Source: Octopus vulgaris (taxonomy: Eukaryota). From it: 64,000 nucleotides of DNA. Made by a program: the position numbers and the translations under genes. Positions 56,905 to 64,000 of the stretch are shown here, piece by piece. The notes beneath the pieces are model-generated. The model did no database searches and was not told where the DNA came from. It saw nothing but the letters and a program-made list of their open reading frames with translations. The stretch is taken from the NCBI GenBank assembly GCA_951406725.2, contig OX597815.1, positions 79,794,001 through 79,858,000 on the forward strand. The letters run 5' to 3'. Numbering within the stretch: the first letter of the stretch is position 1; every line of letters begins with the position of its first letter.

Positions 56905-57440
56905 TCCCATCGAGGTCAGCTTTACCTTTCATCCTTCTGGGATCGAAAGAATAAGCTACCAGTAAAATACTGGATCGATGTAATTAACTCACCTCCTCCT
57001 CAATAGCTAGCCTTGTGTCTACGTCAGAAACAATTAGTATTAGGATTGTGAAATGGCAGAATCGGTAAACCATCAAGTTAAATGTCTTGTGATGTTTGTT
57101 TCAGCTCTCTACGTTCTGAGTTCATAACCCACAAACGTCTAATTTTGCCTTTAGTCCTTGAGGAGCCAATAAAATACCTAGGTCGATTTAGTCACTTCCC
57201 AAATGCCTGACTTCTTGCCTATGCAAGGAATTATTATTATAACTGTTGTTATCAATGGGCGAGGTTGGAAGCAATATTTAGTTACGGCTCTTTACGTTTA
57301 AATTTCAAATCCCAACGAATCCAATTTCACCGATGAAACAGAGGTACAACAAAATAAAACACGAGTCAATCACAAGCGTTATATATAATTGACTTTACCT
57401 CCCCTTCAAAAGTTGAAGAGCCTGTGCCTGAGCAAGAAGT
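56905..57440 (+). mobile_element. Cluster of old, diverged SINE family B copies
   Basis: gaggtcagctttacctttcatccttctgggatcga and tacgttctgagttcat relics. Confidence 0.6.
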
Positions 57441-57693
57441 GAATTTTATTAGTTCTAATGTGCTACGGCTCCTAAATTTTGTTTTTGTTTTAGTCGTTTA
57501 ATGTTTGAAAGTGGCAGAAAAAAATCCTCAGTAATTTAAATGATTTAATTTCGTCTCTCGACAATTTAGGCGCTAAAATCTCATGAGAACTGAGATGGAC
57601 TAAGTTTTTCCAAAATCAATATTGAAAATACTAATGTTATATAGCGTTAGATAAATCATTCCATTCATATTTGTTACTCTATGTCACTGTTCG

Positions 57694-57777
<84 letters not shown>

Positions 57778-57779
<2 letters not shown>

Positions 57780-58596
57780 CGATGGCAAAGAAAGCCTCTT
57801 CATGGCGAATATTGGGTTAAACTAAACAGAAAAAAATAGAAAAGCAAAATCCCAACAGTGGCTGAGACAGAAGGCTTTTTAATTACAGCACAAGATCAAA
57901 GCCTTCCCACCAGAAATTACCAAAAACCTGTAGTAAAAAGAAATACAAATAACTGCAGAATATGTGGAGATGGAGAAGAAACAAATCATATTGTATCTGG
58001 CTCTCCAGTCCTGACTAAGAAGGAATATATTCTCAGGCATGACAAAGTTGGGACCTATATACACTGGAAGCTATGCCAACACTATGGAATAACAACAGAA
58101 AAGAAATGGTATAGACACACGCCGGAAAAGGTCACAGAAAATGAGAAGCAACTATACTCTGGGACATGGCAATACATACAGAGAGAGAAATAAAGGCCAA
58201 TAGGCCAGATATAGTTGTCAGAAATCACCAAGAAAAATGCTTTCTAATCGATATATCAATACCAACAGATGAAAATATTTCTCTAAAAGAAACGGAGAAA
58301 CTTTCAAAATACAAAGATCTCGAAATAGAGGTAACTCGAAATTGGAGTCTAAAAGCAAAACAATTCATATTACATTAGGTATAATAAAAAAATATTCAGA
58401 CAAATACATAACAAAACCCCAGGACTAACAAGTACATGTAGCATACAAAAAATAGCACTATTAGGCACCGCACACATCCTACGTAAAACACTTTCAATAC
58501 AGTAAAAATAAGAGCATCACAACAAACCACAGTACATACCCAAGGCACACAGAGCTGCGCTCGGTAGTGCAGAAAAGCACGTAATAAAAATAAGAC
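57778..58596 (+). mobile_element. 5'-truncated R4/Dong-clade LINE inserted in (TAA)n
   Basis: ETEGFLITAQDQSLPTRNY, CCHC-type knuckle CRICG..HIVSG..RHDKV, and RLE motif RPDIVV..LIDISIP..KETEKLSKYKDLEIE. Frameshifted. (TAA)n on both sides. Confidence 0.92.
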
Positions 58597-58611
58597 TAAT
58601 AATAATAAGAC

Positions 58612-58677
<66 letters not shown>

Positions 58678-58679
<2 letters not shown>

Positions 58680-59233
58680 GCCCTGATGCAGTACCAGACA
58701 GTGGCTCTCATGGCTTCTGATCTTAACTGATTGGAAGTGTTATCATGTACATTGTTTTGTCTTGGTATAAAAGATGGGCTACAGAAAATATTCTGCTCAA
58801 TACCACAGATTTGCTTGTCAGTTGTTTCACCTTAACCAGTTGAGCATGTCCCTTAGTGGCTGACGATATGTGCATCTCTGATCACGAGCAGAAGTAGTGG
58901 GGGAGCATCATAGCCATGTGTTGAGAAGGATTCTTTGGGGTTTGAATAATTCACCTCTGGAAACATGGGTGTTTCGTTCAACGTCCTTAAACAACCCTTA
59001 TTCAGGGACCTTTTGAGCAGGATGGGTTACTCGATCTGAAGAAAATTCTAACTGGGCTCCACCTGCAAGGTCATGTGCTGTTTATCTTGATATGAGATCA
59101 CCATGTCGCGCACATATGGTTGTGATGCATGTGCCTGGTGTACCCTTATCAGACGGGTAGTCATGATGGGTATACTGGGCTTCGTATATTTTACCCCTGT
59201 GTCACTTAGATGGCATGCTCTGCTCGCTCACTC
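58678..59233 (+). mobile_element. Non-coding ~555-bp element bounded by (TAA)n, probable non-autonomous TAA-targeting retroposon
   Basis: Sharp edges into (TAA)n at both ends, higher GC than the flanks, no convincing ORF. Confidence 0.5.
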
Positions 59234-59639
59234 AATAATAATAATAATAATGATGATGATAATGATAATAAAAAATACCAAAACTCATCTCCTGGGATGT
59301 ATGGTAAAATAATAGAGTTAACTACACTGAAGCAAATTTAAGACGGAACCCAGAGGAAACCAATAATGTACAAATGTACTGGACTCAAAAACACGGTAGC
59401 CTGAGAGAGCGACGCAGGCCCAAATCGAGAAATGCCGCAAACCAATCTGGAGCATAAAAATCTATGCGCCTAGGAAAATTCAACAACACTAAAGAGTGAT
59501 GAACTGCACCTGATTCCAATATACTTCGGTCTGAGAGTAGTTAAAAATATAGATGGCTGAGGTATCACGAGAAACAAATATTTCCTTGCTTGTGACAGCC
59601 GTAGTATATCATATAGAAAATAAAACAAATATTCTGCAC

Positions 59640-59780
59640 GACCACAGACTAGGACGTCCCGCGGGAACTAATATGTGTACGGTTTGTGTCGGCATACGAG
59701 GACGACATCACCACATTAAATGTCGGGCATCAAGCACATAGAGATTATCGGTACCATTCTATGGGTATACTATACAATAA
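59640..59780 (+). pseudogene. Tx1/L1-like RT fragment
   Basis: VPRELICVRFVSAYEDDITTL (decayed YADD), similar to about 9760-9820. Confidence 0.5.
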
Positions 59781-60007
59781 TAGACTCTTCATTATTAAAA
59801 TATTGTTACGTCATTGTTCTGTTGAAATCTGTGTACACACTTTAAACTCCTTTCTCTTTCTTTTCTGTCTTTTTGTACTTAAGCCTTTTGGACCTTTTAT
59901 TGGCCCATGTGGCTAATAAAGAAATGATTCTTCTTCTTCTTCTTCTTCTTCTTCTTCTTCTTCTTCTTCTTCTTCTTCTTCTTCTTCTTCTTCTTCTTCT
60001 TCTTCTT

Positions 60008-60119
60008 CCGCCAAGATTGACTTCGCCTTTCATCCTTTCGGAGTCGATAAATTAAGTACCACTTAATCGAGTTGTCCCCTCCCCACAAAATTTCAGGTCT
60101 TGTGCTTTTAGTAGAAAGG

Positions 60120-60176
<57 letters not shown>

Positions 60177-60350
60177 TAAAGGTAGCGACCTGACAGAATC
60201 GTCAGCACGCAGGGACAACGCCTGTCGGCATTTCGTCTGTTCTTACGTTCTGAGTTCAAATTTCGCTGAGGTCAACTTTGCCTTTCATCCTCTCGGGGTC
60301 GATAAATTAAGTACCAGTCAAGCAGTACAGTTCATAAAATCGACTATAAG
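60008..60350 (+). mobile_element. Two SINE family B copies separated by (TTA)n
   Basis: gcctttcatcct(t/c)tcgg(a/g)gtcgataaattaagtacca occurs twice. Confidence 0.8.
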
Positions 60351-61262
60351 TTCTGCCACAATATGTGGCAGTGTACTTTTAGAAATGCTTTTTTTATTAT
60401 GTCATGTGCGTAAGTGTGTGATGATATTTATTTCTATAAAATCATGAATGTTCACAATAGTATAATGTTGCCGATAATTGGGAATATATCTGTGTAAGAA
60501 AGGTGTGGCTTACTTTGACTATGAAGAAGAAATTCCTTTTATTTACTAGGTTGACTAAACAAAATTTCCACGTAGATCGTAAGTTAAAGAGGTGAATGAG
60601 TCAAGCAGAGCTGGGTAGGAGGTCTGATGGCTAGGATGGGTTGATGGATATATGCAAAGTCGGGCATGAAATGTTTATTTTAACGAAAACAAGCATATAG
60701 GCACACACACACAGACACACACACACACATACACAGACACACTCACACACACATACACACTCAAACACAAATAAAAAGAGACTTATACATACATACAGGC
60801 ATACATATGCACACATACATACATACATATATATATATATATACATACATACATACATATGTATATATACATGTGTGTGTGTGAATACTTATCTAGATGT
60901 ATATATATATATGTTTATACATGCATATTATATATGTATATGCATACACACACACATATGTTATGTACACATACATATCAAATGATATTGGAAAATTTCC
61001 TGAATGAACTTTCTACGCGAAGAAAATACTGAATGAGAAAACAACACCTTACGATTAGGGTGAATGAAAATTATTTTCAAGTGAAGCAAGGGAGAGAATT
61101 CTCGAAATTTCTACCAGCCCCAAATTAACTATAGTAAAGTGGATTGGGCAAAGAAGTCTCATGTTTGAGCTTATATACTATATATGATCTTTAATGTGCG
61201 CGCATATATGTAGTTATATATATCTTCAACATGAGAGAGTGAGAGAGAGAGAAAGTGAGAGA

Positions 61263-61353
<91 letters not shown>

Positions 61354-61389
61354 CACGAATACTAAGAGTTGAGTTTATCGTTTATCTAA

Positions 61390-61710
61390 TGTGCAACTTA
61401 AGACCACTGCGATCTTCTGGTGAGAATGGTCTTCTGTAAGGATTTTGGCTGGTATAATATAACCAGGGGCTGGTAAATGTAATTCTAGTGTCCATGATTA
61501 ATATTCTCATTCGATTGTTTCTAATAGTGTGTTACTAAGGTGTTGTTTATGGTTGTTTCATTTGCCAATCAAATGTTCTATGTTTTCATTGGTCTGCTTC
61601 ACTATGTTATGCATTCTAAATATCATCTGCCAATTTCGTAGCAGTCCTGTCTGTTTCTGTTTGTCTACTGTCTATTTCGCAATTGTACCCTGTTTTACTA
61701 AACTATAGTA
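61390..61710 (-). pseudogene. Possible PLE RT N-terminal remnant
   Basis: YNCEIDSRQTETD and PGYIIPAKILTEDH..VVLSC loosely resemble the PLE motifs YIxEAxRQL and PxxYxLPKIHK..RPIVS. Confidence 0.35.
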
Positions 61711-61848
61711 TGATTTTCTACAATTAAAGCTATATCTATATTTATCTATGTATGTATAAGTATATATGTATAAGCATATACGTACGTATACACACACATA
61801 TGTATGTACATGTATGCGTGTTCACACGTAAACATACACATACACCCC

Positions 61849-62409
<561 letters not shown>

Positions 62410-62880
62410 AGGACTTATGTAGGTAGAATTTTCCTACACCTACATAAACATTTCCCCCATACCTATAGTTATAAGAAAATTTTCAATAGACGCCTCTTGA
62501 AAATTTTCTTACAGCTGCGGTTCTATTATGAAAGAGATAATTTTTACGAAATGTTCACTCCAGGAAATGCAGGAATCGTTTGTCCTGTAAAATAAAGGAA
62601 CCGGCATATATAACTATATTGGACTGTTCAAAAGAGATTTTTTAATCTTACAGTATATATGCTAAACTATAATGGAAGGAGTTGTGGTTCTTCCTATTAT
62701 TATCAGGTGGTCTAAATTTCTAAAGGCAGTTTTGGCAATTTATATTTAGTTTGTCACTGGTTATTCACTTTGTATTTATGCAGCGACAAAGTTTCCGATT
62801 CCAACAAAATGTGCCTTAAAAATCATTATTTTTATTAAGCCTACGAAATGGTAGGTACTGAAAATTCCACCCTAAATACT
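62410..62880 (+). pseudogene. Penelope-like element linker/GIY-YIG remnant
   Basis: [29 protein letters not shown](SYSC) matches the PLE motif IGxxFLxLIDKHFPxxHKLxKIFNRxTVKISYSC; NYIGL follows. It begins at a (TA)n tract. Confidence 0.75.
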
Positions 62881-62917
62881 TAACACTACTTTTTAGTCAT
62901 CCTTATACTTTTTTTGT

Positions 62918-63145
62918 GGAGGCACGAGGCTTGGTTGTTAGGGTATAAGCATCATGATCGTAAGATTGTGGTTTCGATTCCTGGACCGGGCGACGCGATG
63001 TGCAAAACACTTCATTTCACATTGCTACGTCCCCTCAGCTGGCAAAAATGAGTAACGTTGCGATAGACCGGCGTCCTATCCAGCTGGGGAACACATACGC
63101 CATGGAAACCGGGAAACCGGGCTCATGAGCCTGGCTAGGCTTTAA
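62918..63145 (+). mobile_element. tRNA-derived SINE family C
   Basis: A box-like ggcttggttgttagg, B box ggtttcgattcc, and a central gcgatagaccggcgtcctatccag resembling the V-SINE domain. Confidence 0.7.
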
Positions 63146-63409
63146 AAAAAAGCGCATTTATTTATTTTTTAAAAATATTTAATATTTTTTCTTAGTTCAT
63201 ATTCTGCGGTTACAAATATTTTAGGCATAATTTTTATTTGAATAGCTTTAGGCGGTGTATCCAGGATTTGCATGCATCAAGGACAAAGTGACTTTTGGTG
63301 CCCTCACCTCTGAAATATGACCTTTGTGACTCATTATTCAATGACAATAATATAAAGACTTTACTGCATTACACAATCCTAAAATGATGTCACTATATAA
63401 CAACACGTA

Positions 63410-63628
63410 ATATCGGTTTCACATTTTGGCACAAGCCCGGCAATTTCGAGGAAGGGGTAAGTCGATTACATCAGCCCCAGTGATCAACTGGCACTTATTT
63501 TATCGACCCCGAAAGGACGAAAAGCAAAGTCGACCTTGGTGGAATTTGAACTCAGAACGTAAAGATGGACGAAATGCCGCTAAGCATTGTGTCCGGCGTG
63601 CTAACGAACCAACCGGCTCGCCGCCTCA
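63410..63628 (-). mobile_element. SINE family B
   Basis: Reverse complement of the family B head and body. Confidence 0.85.
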
Positions 63629-64000
63629 TAACAACACATCGCAACTGTAACTAAGGAAGCAGAAACTACTAAATGTACTTATAGCCATTTTCATATTTAT
63701 GTAATCCACTAGTCTTCAAAGTCACCTAGCTAAAGTAATCTAGTAGGCATGCAAAATAAATACTTTGTATTTAGCTAGTTTCGAAACTCAAGTTTTAAAT
63801 GAGAAGCCAATCACTTTTGGTGTACGTGGATTATGAAATAGATTGATAAAATGTTACTTATGTTTTCAAGTAACAGTTTCTTTTAGCTCACAAAACTTAA
63901 CAAATACTTATCTACATCTTGTATTGATAATATTCAAGTGCTTGTGATTACACTTTATATGAACTTTTCGTGCTTTTTCAACTACAAATATATACATCAA

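Noticed and set aside
62918-62995. tRNA gene
   Set aside because: A/B boxes are present but I see no complete cloverleaf, and the sequence continues into a SINE body. The same applies to the family A and B heads.

Overview
This is a gene-poor, AT-rich eukaryotic window full of microsatellites, most likely from an octopus (inferred from its SINE families and repeat content). I found no host protein-coding exon, tRNA or rRNA gene that I can support, and almost every entry in the ORF track is a translation of simple repeats. The non-simple DNA is transposon debris: three tRNA-derived SINE families, R4/Dong-type, RTE and Tx1/L1 LINE remnants, hAT, mariner/maT and Helitron fragments, and many Penelope-like element (PLE) remnants (YRDDGL reverse transcriptase motif, GIY-YIG endonuclease). 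The main unannotated signal is about 15 minimal type I hammerhead ribozyme (HHR) motifs from at least 8 sequence-unrelated families. Most lie in non-coding direct-plus-inverted (fold-back) units embedded in (TA)n tracts. These include a 352-nt circularly permuted monomer with a perfect HHR (a candidate retrozyme/circRNA) and a family with a shared A6U change in the catalytic core. Coordinates and alignments were read by eye; TE fragment ends are approximate.
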